From contig CAVTHO010000007.1 in assembly GCA_963734545.1 (NCBI GenBank), forward strand, positions 352,001 through 416,000: a stretch of DNA of 64,000 bases, read 5' to 3'. The translations under genes and the position numbers were made by a program. Positions 1 to 9,374 of this stretch are shown here, piece after piece (position 1 is the stretch's first letter; the number at the start of each line of letters is the position of its first letter). Origin of the DNA: an uncultured Spirochaetota bacterium. Its GTDB lineage: Bacteria; Spirochaetota; Spirochaetia; SZUA-6; Fen-1364. The notes beneath the pieces were generated by a model. The model made no database searches and was not told the origin of the DNA. It was given only the letters and a program-made list of their open reading frames with translations.

Positions 1-53
1 GGAAGGAAATCGCGGAAGCCCTTGGGGACCCTTGGCTCGATGAGATCCTTCAT
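1..53 (-). CDS. hisS: histidine--tRNA ligase, 5' fragment (runs off the window)
   Basis: Minus strand reads MKDLIEPRVPKGFRDFLP, matching the HisRS N-terminal xGxRDxLP motif. The ATG overlaps the upstream stop (ATGA). Not in the ORF track. Confidence 0.75.
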   Translation of the reverse strand, partial: MKDLIEPRVPKGFRDFL

Positions 54-1186
54 TCTGAAAGGTCCTTTCGATAGATGCGCCACGTGCGGTAGCGCTCCAC
101 GGGCATCCTTACCAGCGAGCTGATCATCGGCTCATTGTTCTCCACGATCATCGACGCCTCGACCTCGTCCACGCCCCTGCGGAGCCCTTCCTCGATCACG
201 TGCGTGTAGAGCGCGATTTCGATGCCCTGCCGGCGGTACTCTTCCAGCACGCCCATGAGAATCAGCCTGACCCTGCGCGTCTTCCTCATTGTGGCCAGCA
301 GGGTGATGAACCCGAACGGGAACAGCCGCCCGTTGATCTTCTTGACTGCCTGGTTTGCATCGTAAAGGGAAAGCGCGAATCCGATGGGTTTTCCTTCCAG
401 CTCGACTATGAAGGAAAGCTCCTCTACGACCGTCTGCTTCACGCCGTCCTTCAAGCGCAGGAACTCGCCGTCCGAGAGCGGAACGTGTCCCCAGTTCCTG
501 TTCCACGCGGTGGCAAAAATGTTCTGGACGATCTTCGCTTCACGTTCCAGATGATGCCGAATGTCAATTTCCCGGACTGAGATTCCATCCCGCTTGAGCA
601 CTCTCTGGGTAAGGCTGAAGTAGCGGGGGTCGAGCTCCTTCTGGAACGTGGCCGCTTTTCCGCGAAACGCGTACCAGTCGATGGATTTTTCCCAGCCGGA
701 TGACTCGAAAAGCTGCTGGTAGTACGCCGGATTGTGGGACGTGAGGATGTAGGGGTCCGTGTCGAAGCCCTCGATCAGGATTCCCAGCTCGTCGTAGACG
801 CCGAAGCTCAACGGACCTTCCGCCTCGTGTCTTCCTTTCGCCCGCAGCCAGTTGCAGGCGCAGGTAAAGAGAGCGGCCGCGGTTGAAGGATCATTCTCGC
901 ACTCGAAAAAGCCCACGAATCCCTTGTTGCCCCCGAAGACCTCATCGTAGCGGCGGTTGATGTGCGCGGAGATGCGCCCGACGGGCTCGGCGCCCCTGTA
1001 GGCGAGGAAAAGCTCGGCTTCGCCGTGCTGAAAGAAGACCCCCTTCGACGGATCGATGAACCTCGTCTGGTCACCGATGAGGGGCGGGACCCAATGGCTG
1101 TCCTCGCGGTAAAACCGCCAGGCCATCCTTACGAACACCGCCCTGTCCCCGGCCGTGCGCACGCGGCGGATCTCGATAGGCAGCAT
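50..1186 (-). CDS. YghO-like double-GNAT acyltransferase (bacterial ceramide synthase-like family)
   Basis: WVPPL, GRISAHIN, GFVGFFEC and NWGHVPL motifs; C-terminal acyl-CoA motif MGVLEEYRRQGI; AAGGAG RBS. Confidence 0.75.
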   Translation of the reverse strand: MLPIEIRRVRTAGDRAVFVRMAWRFYREDSHWVPPLIGDQTRFIDPSKGVFFQHGEAELFLAYRGAEPVGRISAHINRRYDEVFGGNKGFVGFFECENDPSTAAALFTCACNWLRAKGRHEAEGPLSFGVYDELGILIEGFDTDPYILTSHNPAYYQQLFESSGWEKSIDWYAFRGKAATFQKELDPRYFSLTQRVLKRDGISVREIDIRHHLEREAKIVQNIFATAWNRNWGHVPLSDGEFLRLKDGVKQTVVEELSFIVELEGKPIGFALSLYDANQAVKKINGRLFPFGFITLLATMRKTRRVRLILMGVLEEYRRQGIEIALYTHVIEEGLRRGVDEVEASMIVENNEPMISSLVRMPVERYRTWRIYRKDLSE

Positions 1187-1200
1187 GCAGTCTCCTTCAA

Positions 1201-1290
1201 AGCGCCGCGGTATTCCCGCGGATTTCTTAGAGCGCCGCGGTATTCCCGCGGATTTCCAATAGCGCCGCGGTATTCCCGCGGATTTTTACG
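1201..1290. repeat. 3 tandem 30-bp units, core AGCGCCGCGGTATTCCCGCGGATTT (hairpin repeat family)
   Basis: Identical 25-nt cores start at 1201, 1231 and 1261, each followed by a variable 5-nt tail. Each contains CCGCGG-TATTC-CCGCGG. Confidence 0.95.
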
Positions 1291-1360
1291 TGATGGACAA
1301 GTTAATGCGCAGGATGATCGCGATGTCAAGGATGTCCGGATTCTCGGCCCGGCATGCGTA

Positions 1361-1388
1361 TTGACATTCGGCGTTGTCAGGATACGAT
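1361..1388 (+). promoter_or_regulatory. sigma70-like promoter for pcnB
   Basis: TTGACA-N16-TACGAT. Confidence 0.55.
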
Positions 1389-1395
1389 GGGGCCA

Positions 1396-1441
1396 GAATC
1401 CGCGGAGTACCGCGGCGCGAATCCGTGGAATACCGCGGCGC
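1396..1441. repeat. 2 tandem copies (23-bp period) of the hairpin repeat, opposite orientation to 1201-1290
   Basis: GAATCCGCGGAGTACCGCGGCGC followed by GAATCCGTGGAATACCGCGGCGC. Confidence 0.9.
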
Positions 1442-1470
1442 ACACCCTTACCAACACCTGGGATTGCAGA

Positions 1471-2708
1471 TTGCTGTTCAGATACGGCGCAACGGAAAAC
1501 GGCACCATAGAAAAGAAGGCACACATCTACACGATGGCGGAGCACGGGATCGATCCGCGCCTCGTGGACCCCGACGCAATGTGGGTGGTGCGCGGGCTGC
1601 GCAAGGAGGGCTTCCACGTCTATGTCGTCGGAGGCGCTGTCCGTGACCTGATCGTGGGCCGGGTACCCAACGACTTCGACGTCGCCACCGATGCCCACCC
1701 CCACCAGATACGCAGGATCTTCCGGTCGGCGCGAATAATCGGAAGAAGGTTCCGTCTCGTCCACGTCTATTGCGGGCGGGAGAAGTACATCGAGGTCAGC
1801 ACCTTCCGTTCGCGGGGCGCAGTCGGCACGGCGGAAAACACGGACAGCAGGGAGCAGAACAACCTCTTCGGCACCATGGAGGAGGACGCTGAGCGGCGGG
1901 ACTTCACGATCAACGCCCTGTACTATTCTCCCATCGACAAGCAGGTGATCGACTACGTCGGCGGCTTTCCGGATCTCCGCCGCCGACGGTTGCGCACTCT
2001 CGTTTCCGCGGAGACCTCCTTTGCTGAAGACCCCGTCCGCATGATCCGGGCGGTCAAATACGCCAGCCTCCTGGGGTTCCCCATTCCGCTGTCAATGGCG
2101 GGATCTGATCAGACGGATGCGCGAGTCGATCCTCACCTGCTCGCGGGAACGGGTGACCGAGGAGGTCTACAAGATCCTTTCCTCGGGCTTCGCGGGGGAG
2201 ATTCTGGAGCTCTCTCACCGGCTGCGTCTGTTCGAAGTGATTTTTCCGCGCCTCGCGGACACGCATCGCGAATCCCGGAAGAAATTCGACGAGCATTCCC
2301 TCGGGCAGAGGTTGAAAGAGCTGGATCGCCGCGCCCGGGAGGGCAAGGTCCTGGATCGGAACGACATGTTCGGGTTCCTCTTCCGTGATCTCGTGCTGGA
2401 AAGGAAGGATCTGTTCGAGGAAATCGCCCCGGCTCTTCCCATCCAGCAGTTCATCCGCGGCGCCTCGGAGCCGCTCTTCCCTTCGAAGAAGGACCTCGCT
2501 ATTGCCGCTGATTCTCTGCTCAGGGAAGTGCGGCCGCTGCACAAGCCGCGGCCTGCCCGGCCGCGCGCACGGAGGGCACCCGGGCGCGCCGCATGACGCG
2601 GGCATTCAGAAAGATGCGAGGGTGAGACACCGCAGGCGGAGGCGGGGTCGGGGCAGACGCCCGGGTCCTGGTCCCGGCCAGGGCCCTGCCCCCCTGCAGA
2701 AGCCGTAG
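1471..2708 (+). CDS. pcnB: poly(A) polymerase PcnB (frameshifts near 2105 and probably near 2560)
   Basis: VVGGAVRD, DFDVAT, IIGRRFRLVHV (PAP signature), RRDFTINALYY, EDPVRMIRA. Continues in ORF 2117-2596; an Arg-rich tail in another frame ends at 2708. TTG start inferred. Confidence 0.85.
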
Positions 2709-2732
2709 CGAGGTGACCGGGTTTTCAGGGCT

Positions 2733-3954
2733 CTACTTTGCGCTTTCGATCCGCTTCAACAATGCGTCGACCCGCTCACCGTAGGTTGCCTTGTCTGCCT
2801 GCTTGGCGAGCGTCAGGTACTTGGTTGCATCGGCGTTTTTTCCCGCGGCGAATGAGTTGACCCCCAGTGCGTAGTTGATGACCCCCGCGTTGGCTCCCAG
2901 CTGGAACGCCTTCATGTACTGTTCCTCCGCCCGGGGATAATTCTTGCGCGAATACTCTATGAGTCCCAGATAGTAGGTGGCGGTCCCGCTGGCGGGCTCC
3001 TGCGCGAGCGACTTTCGTGAAGGAGAGCTCGGCGTTCGCCATGTCTCCCCGGCTGTACAGGTCGATCCCGTCTTTTACCAGCTCGACTGCCGTCTTGAGA
3101 GACAGCATGTAGCCCTGGAAATCCTGGAAAAGCTGCTGGTCGGTCACCCACGAGAAACCCTTCTTCTGCGCCTTCTGCGAGTTGTCTTCCAGCGTGGCCT
3201 TCGGGTCGAGCGCGACGATGCTGTCCCACAAAACCCGGCTGTACGAACGGTCGACCGCGTTCAGCAGAAACTGCACCAGACCCCACGATTCGGGAGCGAA
3301 GACATCCATCTGGGCCTGCGCCTGCTCGCGCGTGATGGTGAGCAGGTCGGCGAGCGGGATGAGCTTGTTCGGAGTCTCACCGCGGATGATGGATTTCAGG
3401 GTATCCAGCCATGCGAGGTTCGGCCCCGGCGTGAAGGAGCCGGCCGCGGGGTCCCAGAGAGAGCCGTCGAGGTAGGTCGCCACGCCTTCGCGCAGCCAGA
3501 CGGGTGGGTTGTCGATGAAACCCTTGACGAACTGGATGCAGCCCTGGTGGAGCAGGGACGCGGTGAACGCCTTGTCCTCCTTGGGGAAGGTGAGCAGCTC
3601 GGATCTCTCCGGGTCCGACCACGCGACGAATACGAAGTCCGTGCGTGTCTGGGAAAGGACCTTGTCGAGGTAGACATTGAAACTGCCCAGATCACGAAAC
3701 ACCTTCACTCTGAATTTCGTGGCAAGCTGGGAAAGATCGAAATGGAAGATGCTGTTGTACAGCGCGAGGGCGGCCTCCATCCTCCTGGCAACGTCCTCCG
3801 CCTGGGTCTGGCTCGTCTCGGCGAATACGCGGTAGTGCTCGGTTTCCGCAGTGAACGTAAACTCCACGGTGGCTCCCGGTGCCGGGGCCGCATCCTGGGC
3901 AAAAGCGAGCATCGAGACGCATAGAAAGAAGGCGGGGAAGAGGGATTTCCGCAT
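2733..3954 (-). CDS. exported peptidase-MA/DUF1570-like protein with C-terminal TPR (frameshift near 3010)
   Basis: Signal peptide; PVWLREGVATY motif; HExxH position reads HQGCI; TPR-like helices in ORF 2733-2915. Confidence 0.6.
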
Positions 3955-4028
3955 ACAGCCTCCTCATTTCGATCATATTCAGGCTGTTCGGAGCTGTCAA
4001 ATGTATTTTGGGCCTTCGCGGGGCTCTC

Positions 4029-4670
4029 CTACTTGGCCGGAGGGCCCTGGGGCAGCGGCTTTCTGCCTTTGCCGTATTCCGGGCGTACCACGGTCTTCTC
4101 GATGATCTCGTCCGCGCTGCCGCGGAGCCCCTTCTTGGCCTTGAGCAGTATCTTCACTGACTCGAAGAATATGTGGGGGTAGCTCCGTTTGATCTCCACG
4201 GCCGGCACAGGAATGATGTGCTTGCCCTGTTCGGCCCGGATTTTGAGCGCGCGGGCAATCTCCTCGCGCGTGGACACCTCTTCTATCGGGATGACCCGAT
4301 GGAGGGGCAGCAGATCCAGGGTCGCGGCGATGCGCTGGATCATTTTCCGCGAGGTGCCGATGATGAGCACCCGTCCATACGTCTGTGCGGCAAGTGTTCG
4401 CTTGACTTCATCGATCTGGTCGGCATTGGCGAACACGGCGGTCTTGATGGCACTGAGGATGCCCTTTTCCTTTTTCGCGGATTTGCCGGCGATGATCTTC
4501 TGTCCGCGTATGAGCAGCCCGTCGTCGATGATCAAGTCGATGCGGAACCTGCGCGCCACCTGGCGCGCCTTGAAGCTCTTGCCCGTCCCGCTCTTGCCGA
4601 CAAGCGCGTACGTGCTCGGTTTTCGAACCAGCCAGGGGAAGAGCCGGCGGAGTGGTGTGAGAGCTCTCAT
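4029..4670 (-). CDS. P-loop NTPase-like hypothetical protein
   Basis: Walker A GKSGTGKS; IIDDGLLI and AGKSAK motifs. Confidence 0.65.
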   Translation of the reverse strand: MRALTPLRRLFPWLVRKPSTYALVGKSGTGKSFKARQVARRFRIDLIIDDGLLIRGQKIIAGKSAKKEKGILSAIKTAVFANADQIDEVKRTLAAQTYGRVLIIGTSRKMIQRIAATLDLLPLHRVIPIEEVSTREEIARALKIRAEQGKHIIPVPAVEIKRSYPHIFFESVKILLKAKKGLRGSADEIIEKTVVRPEYGKGRKPLPQGPPAK

Positions 4671-4794
4671 GCGCGGGTGCCTGATCCTCGCTCAGAGGAT
4701 ATACCGCGCCGGGTCGAAGTGAAAGCGGGGCGAATGTCACCAGGCTCCGCCCAGCTCCGCCAGGAGCGGAAGGAAGCGGAAGGAGTGACCGCGA

Positions 4795-6204
4795 TCAGGT
4801 GAGCGCGGGAGCGGGTCTCAGCAGCCGCAGGAGGCGCAGGTAATCCTTTTCCTGCAATTGCCACCGCTTGTTCAGGGCCCGCGCATAGACACCGACGATG
4901 AATCCGGCCACGCGCCCCCGCAGGAGCCTCGCGACAACGTGAACGGGGGAATAGAAGCGCGAATGTGCCTCGATCTGCATGCGCTGAAGGTCCCAGGGGG
5001 TGAAGCCGCGCGGCAGGAATTTCACGTGGTGTGCGTCGTACGTATCCCACTGCGTGTCGATGATTCTCTTCTCGGCGAGCATGCGGTCGTAGAAACCCGA
5101 TCCGGGGAGCGGTGTGAGGATAAGGAACTGCGCGGAATCGACCTTCTCTTCCAGCGCGAAGCGGACCGTGGCGCGCGTGCTTGCGACCGTGTCCGAGTCG
5201 AAACCGAACACGAACATCCCATGCACGTGGATCTTTCTCTTCCGTATTTCGCGGATTGCGCGGCGGATTTCTTCCACGCTCTGGTTCTTTTTCATTTCCT
5301 TCAGCGCCACGGGGTCGACCGACTCGAATCCGATGAAAAGAGTGACGCATCCCGCTTCGGCCATGAGGTCGAGCAGCTCGCTGTCCTTCGCGATGTCTGA
5401 ACGCACCTGTGTCGACCACTTGAAGCCGAGCTGGAGACGGATCATCTCCCGGAGAAGCTCCTTTGTCCTTCGGGGGTTGGCGGCAAAATTGTCGTCGTAG
5501 AAGAAGATGTTGCTCTGCTTCGGATTGTAGAGCGAGACCTCGGCGATGATATTCTCCATGGACCTGTAGCGATAGCGGTGTCCGAACATGCCCGTCACGG
5601 AACAGAAGGTGCAATCGAATGGGCATCCGCGGGATGTCTGGATGGGGATCGTCGTCTTCCCGAATCCCATTGTGCCCAGTCGTGCTCCCGTGCTCATGGT
5701 GAGAAGGCTGAAATCAGGGAAGGGAAGACCGTCCAGGTCCTCGATCGGAGCAGCGGCCGGGTTGCGCCGGATGCGGCCGTTTTCACGCCACACGAGGCCC
5801 GGGACCTCTTCGAGGCTGCCGTTCCCGTTCAACGCCTCCACAAGCAGAGGAAAGCCCGTCTCGCCTTCTCCCGTGATGCAGAAGTCGGCGTGCGCGAGCG
5901 CCTCTTCGGGCAGGAAGCTCACGTGAGGGCCTCCGAAGACCACGGGGATGCCCCTTGTCCTGAGGTCGTCGGCAATGGCATATGCGCCGATCGCGGTGGC
6001 CGTGATGGTGGAGATGCCGGCCAGGTCGGTCTCGATGCGGCGCGCAAGGATGTCCTTGGTCTGCATGAAGACAGATGACGCCTCGAAACCCCTGTCCTGC
6101 ATGATGGTCGCGAGCAGAATGCTGCCGAGTCGGGGAAGCTCGAACTTGGAAAAGATATGAAGGTGATCGTTCTTCGGCTCGATAAAAGTGATTCGCCTTA
6201 TCAT
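4795..6204 (-). CDS. cobalamin-binding (class B) radical SAM protein
   Basis: GGPHVS B12-binding domain; SRGCPFDCTFC; DDNF; IGFES; TPLPGS. Confidence 0.9.
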   Translation of the reverse strand: MIRRITFIEPKNDHLHIFSKFELPRLGSILLATIMQDRGFEASSVFMQTKDILARRIETDLAGISTITATAIGAYAIADDLRTRGIPVVFGGPHVSFLPEEALAHADFCITGEGETGFPLLVEALNGNGSLEEVPGLVWRENGRIRRNPAAAPIEDLDGLPFPDFSLLTMSTGARLGTMGFGKTTIPIQTSRGCPFDCTFCSVTGMFGHRYRYRSMENIIAEVSLYNPKQSNIFFYDDNFAANPRRTKELLREMIRLQLGFKWSTQVRSDIAKDSELLDLMAEAGCVTLFIGFESVDPVALKEMKKNQSVEEIRRAIREIRKRKIHVHGMFVFGFDSDTVASTRATVRFALEEKVDSAQFLILTPLPGSGFYDRMLAEKRIIDTQWDTYDAHHVKFLPRGFTPWDLQRMQIEAHSRFYSPVHVVARLLRGRVAGFIVGVYARALNKRWQLQEKDYLRLLRLLRPAPALT

Positions 6205-6252
6205 GGCCGTCCCTCCCACTCAAACGTGATCGAATAGGTTTAGATGAGGGAC

Positions 6253-6281
6253 AAGATATACGTATACGTACAGTTTGTCAA
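6253..6281 (-). promoter_or_regulatory. sigma70-like promoter with a perfect 12-bp palindrome in the spacer
   Basis: Minus strand TTGACA-N17-TATCTT; TACGTATACGTA at 6259-6270. Confidence 0.6.
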
Positions 6282-6306
6282 TAGGGCCGGTCGGGCCAAT
6301 CTTCCC

Positions 6307-7251
6307 TTATTTTGTCTCGAAAATAGTGCTCACTCCCTGAACGATCTTCTGGGTGTCCCGGGTCACGGTGAGCAGCTCCTTCGAGATTGCCTCCAGGTTC
6401 TTCACGGTCGTTTCCAGGCTTTTCGCCGTGTCGGGGGCGCCCAGCGTCGAAATAACGGAGTTCTTTGCCGTCAGCTCCGCCACGGCGGTCTGGATATCCG
6501 CGGTGCTCTGACGGATCGATTTCATGGAGGCTGCCAGGTCATCGGAGCTCGACGAGAGGTTGCCTTCCAGCTTTGCGAGCAGCTTCTTTGTGGTCTGGGA
6601 GACATCCGTTGCGGCTGACTGGAGCTGGTCGACAGAGGAGGTGATTGCAGCGGTCATATCGGGAACCGACTGCGTCAGCTCGACCGCCCTGTCGGTCACG
6701 ATCCGCACGTTCTGCGCCGTCTTGGCAATATCCTTGAGGGAGCTCTCCAGCACGCCCTGATTTTTCTTGAGGAGGTCCACGATGCCCTTGATGCTGCTGG
6801 CCAGATCGGTGACCATGCCCATCGTATCTCCGCCGAGAAGATCCGTGATATTGAATGCGGGCTGGCCTTCGAAAAGGTAACCCGATCCGACCTGGGGCGA
6901 TTCCTTGGGCCCCGGGTTCTGCTCGATATACATGTCACCGAGGATGCCCTTCGCAATCAGGGCGAATTTGTCGTCCCTTCGGACGGTCTTCCCGGGACGA
7001 AAGGTGAGGGTGGCCATGATGGTCTTCTCGTCGTCCGCCGGCTCGAGCCGGGTGACCGATCCGACTTTCAGCCCTGCCTTTCGCACCCATGCGCCCGTGT
7101 TCAGGTCTCCCACGCTGGTGAAATGAACACGCACCTCCACCCCGCGCGTGAACTGAAAGTTGTTGACGAGGAGGTAGAGGAGGGCGGAAGCGGCGACCGC
7201 GAAGATGATAATGACGATGACGCGGATGATCTTGCTTGCTCTAACTGGCAT
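6307..7251 (-). CDS. mlaD: MCE/MlaD family protein
   Basis: N-terminal TM, MCE domain (GLKVGSV...GILGDMYIE), long helical C-terminus. Confidence 0.85.
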   Translation of the reverse strand: MPVRASKIIRVIVIIIFAVAASALLYLLVNNFQFTRGVEVRVHFTSVGDLNTGAWVRKAGLKVGSVTRLEPADDEKTIMATLTFRPGKTVRRDDKFALIAKGILGDMYIEQNPGPKESPQVGSGYLFEGQPAFNITDLLGGDTMGMVTDLASSIKGIVDLLKKNQGVLESSLKDIAKTAQNVRIVTDRAVELTQSVPDMTAAITSSVDQLQSAATDVSQTTKKLLAKLEGNLSSSSDDLAASMKSIRQSTADIQTAVAELTAKNSVISTLGAPDTAKSLETTVKNLEAISKELLTVTRDTQKIVQGVSTIFETK

Positions 7252-7990
7252 TTTCCTGGCGGATCCTTTCTCTCTTTTCTATAAAGTGATCGTACACCGC
7301 CGAGGTTTTGCTGAACGCCTCGTCGCGTTCCTCGAGGGTGACAATGCGCCCGTCCTCCAGGAGCGCGATCCTGTCGGCGATATACCGGGTGAGGTCGATG
7401 TCGTGCGTCACGACCAGGGAGGTGATTGCGCGCTCCGTCTGCAGGCGCCTGATCATGGACTCCACGATGGCCGAGCTGGCCGGGTCGAGACCCGACGTCG
7501 GCTCGTCATACAGAAGGTAGCGCGGCTCCAGTATCATCGCGCGCGCCACCGCGACCTTTCTCTTCATTCCCCCCGAGAGCTCGCGCGGCATGGCGGTCAT
7601 GGACTCCCGCATGCCGACGAGGTCCAGGTATGCGTGCACCTTTTTCTCGATCTCCCGGGCGGAGCACGACTTGTGGTAGGCGAGGGGAAAGGCGACATTC
7701 TCGAACACGTTCATCGAGTCGAAAAGCGCGCCCTCCTGGAAGAGCATCCCTATCTTTTTCCTGATGAGGTACAGCCGGCGGCGGTCCGCGCCGACGACCT
7801 CGTCCCCGTCTATGATGATGCTGCCTGACTGCGGCCGCAGCAGTCCGGTGATGCACTTCAGAAGCACGGACTTGCCGATCCCGCTCGCGCCGATGATGAC
7901 GGTGGTGAGCGATTCTGCCACCTCGACGCTGAGACCGTCCAGCACAGGGCGCTCGGGAAACGCGAAGCACACATCCCGCACTCGGATCAC
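7241..7990 (-). CDS. mlaF: MlaF-type ABC ATPase
   Basis: GASGIGKS, FQEGALFDS, LSGGMKRKV, YDEPTSGLDP. GTG start overlaps the mlaE stop. Confidence 0.9.
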   Translation of the reverse strand: MIRVRDVCFAFPERPVLDGLSVEVAESLTTVIIGASGIGKSVLLKCITGLLRPQSGSIIIDGDEVVGADRRRLYLIRKKIGMLFQEGALFDSMNVFENVAFPLAYHKSCSAREIEKKVHAYLDLVGMRESMTAMPRELSGGMKRKVAVARAMILEPRYLLYDEPTSGLDPASSAIVESMIRRLQTERAITSLVVTHDIDLTRYIADRIALLEDGRIVTLEERDEAFSKTSAVYDHFIEKRERIRQENAS

Positions 7991-8769
7991 ACGACGCTCC
8001 AGCCGGTGATCTGGTCCACCACTCCGAAGATCGAATCCACGACGATGACCACGATCAGGTTGATGACGATCGACTTCGTGGTGGTCTTGCCCAGCTCGAC
8101 GGCACCGCCCTGGAAGTAGAAGCCGAGTCCGCAGGCGTTGATGGCGATGAAGAACGCCATGATCATGCAGCGGACGTATGAGGTCGTCAGGATAGGATGC
8201 CGCAGGACCTCGAAGACGTGCTGGAGGAATATCGCGGGGGAGATGCCGAACCACCATTGCATGCAGGCGATGGCTGTACCGATGGCCACCACGTCACTGA
8301 GTGCCTTGAGGATGGGCAGGCTGATGATCGCGGCGAGCACCCGCGGGATGACGATCTGCTGAGAGGGCTCCACCGCCATGAGACGCAGCGCATCGAGCTG
8401 CCCGCTCATGTGCATGGATCCGATTTCCACCGTGAAGGCGGTGCCGATCCGCGCGGCAAACATCATCGAACCGATGATCGTGGTGCTTTCCGACAGCAGC
8501 AGGTAGACGACGATTGACCCGGTCCAGTTGATGACGCTGAATCTGCTGCCGTCCCACCCGCCCAGCCAGGCGAAGAGTCCCCCCTGCACGACCCCGGTGA
8601 TCATCATCGCGCCGAACGCTTCCAGTATGACGCGCACGATCTGCTGGCCGAGCTGGGCAACCGGAAACGGCTCGCGGAGAAGCCAGAAGAAGAAGTTGCC
8701 GTACATGCTGACTATGGACCTGGCGGCGAGTGACCACTCCTGAGATTCTTCGCTTTTTGCCCTGGACAT
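7987..8769 (-). CDS. mlaE: MlaE-type ABC permease
   Basis: RIGTAFTVEIGSM...QLDAL, IPRVLA, GGAVELGKTTT. Confidence 0.85.
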   Translation of the reverse strand: MSRAKSEESQEWSLAARSIVSMYGNFFFWLLREPFPVAQLGQQIVRVILEAFGAMMITGVVQGGLFAWLGGWDGSRFSVINWTGSIVVYLLLSESTTIIGSMMFAARIGTAFTVEIGSMHMSGQLDALRLMAVEPSQQIVIPRVLAAIISLPILKALSDVVAIGTAIACMQWWFGISPAIFLQHVFEVLRHPILTTSYVRCMIMAFFIAINACGLGFYFQGGAVELGKTTTKSIVINLIVVIVVDSIFGVVDQITGWSVV

Positions 8770-8778
8770 GCTGCGGTG

Positions 8779-8807
8779 ATAGTAGTTACGGCGCAGGAGG
8801 GTGTCAA
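8779..8807 (-). promoter_or_regulatory. sigma70-like promoter for mlaEFD
   Basis: Minus strand TTGACA-N17-TACTAT. Confidence 0.6.
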
Positions 8808-8833
8808 GGATTTGGGCTCCGCCGTCTGAAAGG

Positions 8834-8851
8834 GACACGGAATACCGTGTC
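8834..8851. repeat. hairpin GACACGG-AATA-CCGTGTC between divergent promoters (covariant member of the repeat family)
   Basis: Perfect 7-bp inverted repeat with the family loop (TATT on the minus strand). Confidence 0.6.
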
Positions 8852-8891
8852 TGGCTTGACAAATGCGGAGGCCTCAAGGGACACTCTCTCG

Positions 8892-9374
8892 ATGCTTTCC
8901 CACCGCGCCGTCGACATTCTCGCCAGGGCCCTGTCGAACCCTGTCTTCCTTTCCGCGCTCTCGAGCTGGCTCATCGCCCAGATCCTCAAGTCCTGCATCA
9001 TGTTGTTCCGCAATCGGCCGCAGACCGCAAAGGAAATACTCCTGAACCTGTTCTGGACCACCGGTGGCATGCCCAGCAGCCACTCGGCCGTCGTTGCCTC
9101 GCTCGCCACGTCGGCGGGATTCGTGGAAGGCCCTGATTCCACCCTGTTCATTGTGACCCTGTTCTATGCGGTGCTCACCTTCCGGGACGCGCTGGGCGTG
9201 CGCCGCGCCGCCGGCGCGCAGGCAAAGGTGCTGAACCAGCTCATTCGCGACCTGTCCGTGCATTTTTCGCTTCGCAGCAGACCCGTGAAGGAGATCCACG
9301 GTCACACGATGTCCGAGGTATTCGTCGGCGCCTTGCTGGGGTTCTTTATCGCCCTGGCCTACTGCACACTCTGA
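8892..9374 (+). CDS. divergent PAP2 / DUF212 family membrane protein
   Basis: TGGMPSSHSA, DALGVRRAAG and GHT..EV..G motifs. Confidence 0.85.
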   Translation: MLSHRAVDILARALSNPVFLSALSSWLIAQILKSCIMLFRNRPQTAKEILLNLFWTTGGMPSSHSAVVASLATSAGFVEGPDSTLFIVTLFYAVLTFRDALGVRRAAGAQAKVLNQLIRDLSVHFSLRSRPVKEIHGHTMSEVFVGALLGFFIALAYCTL

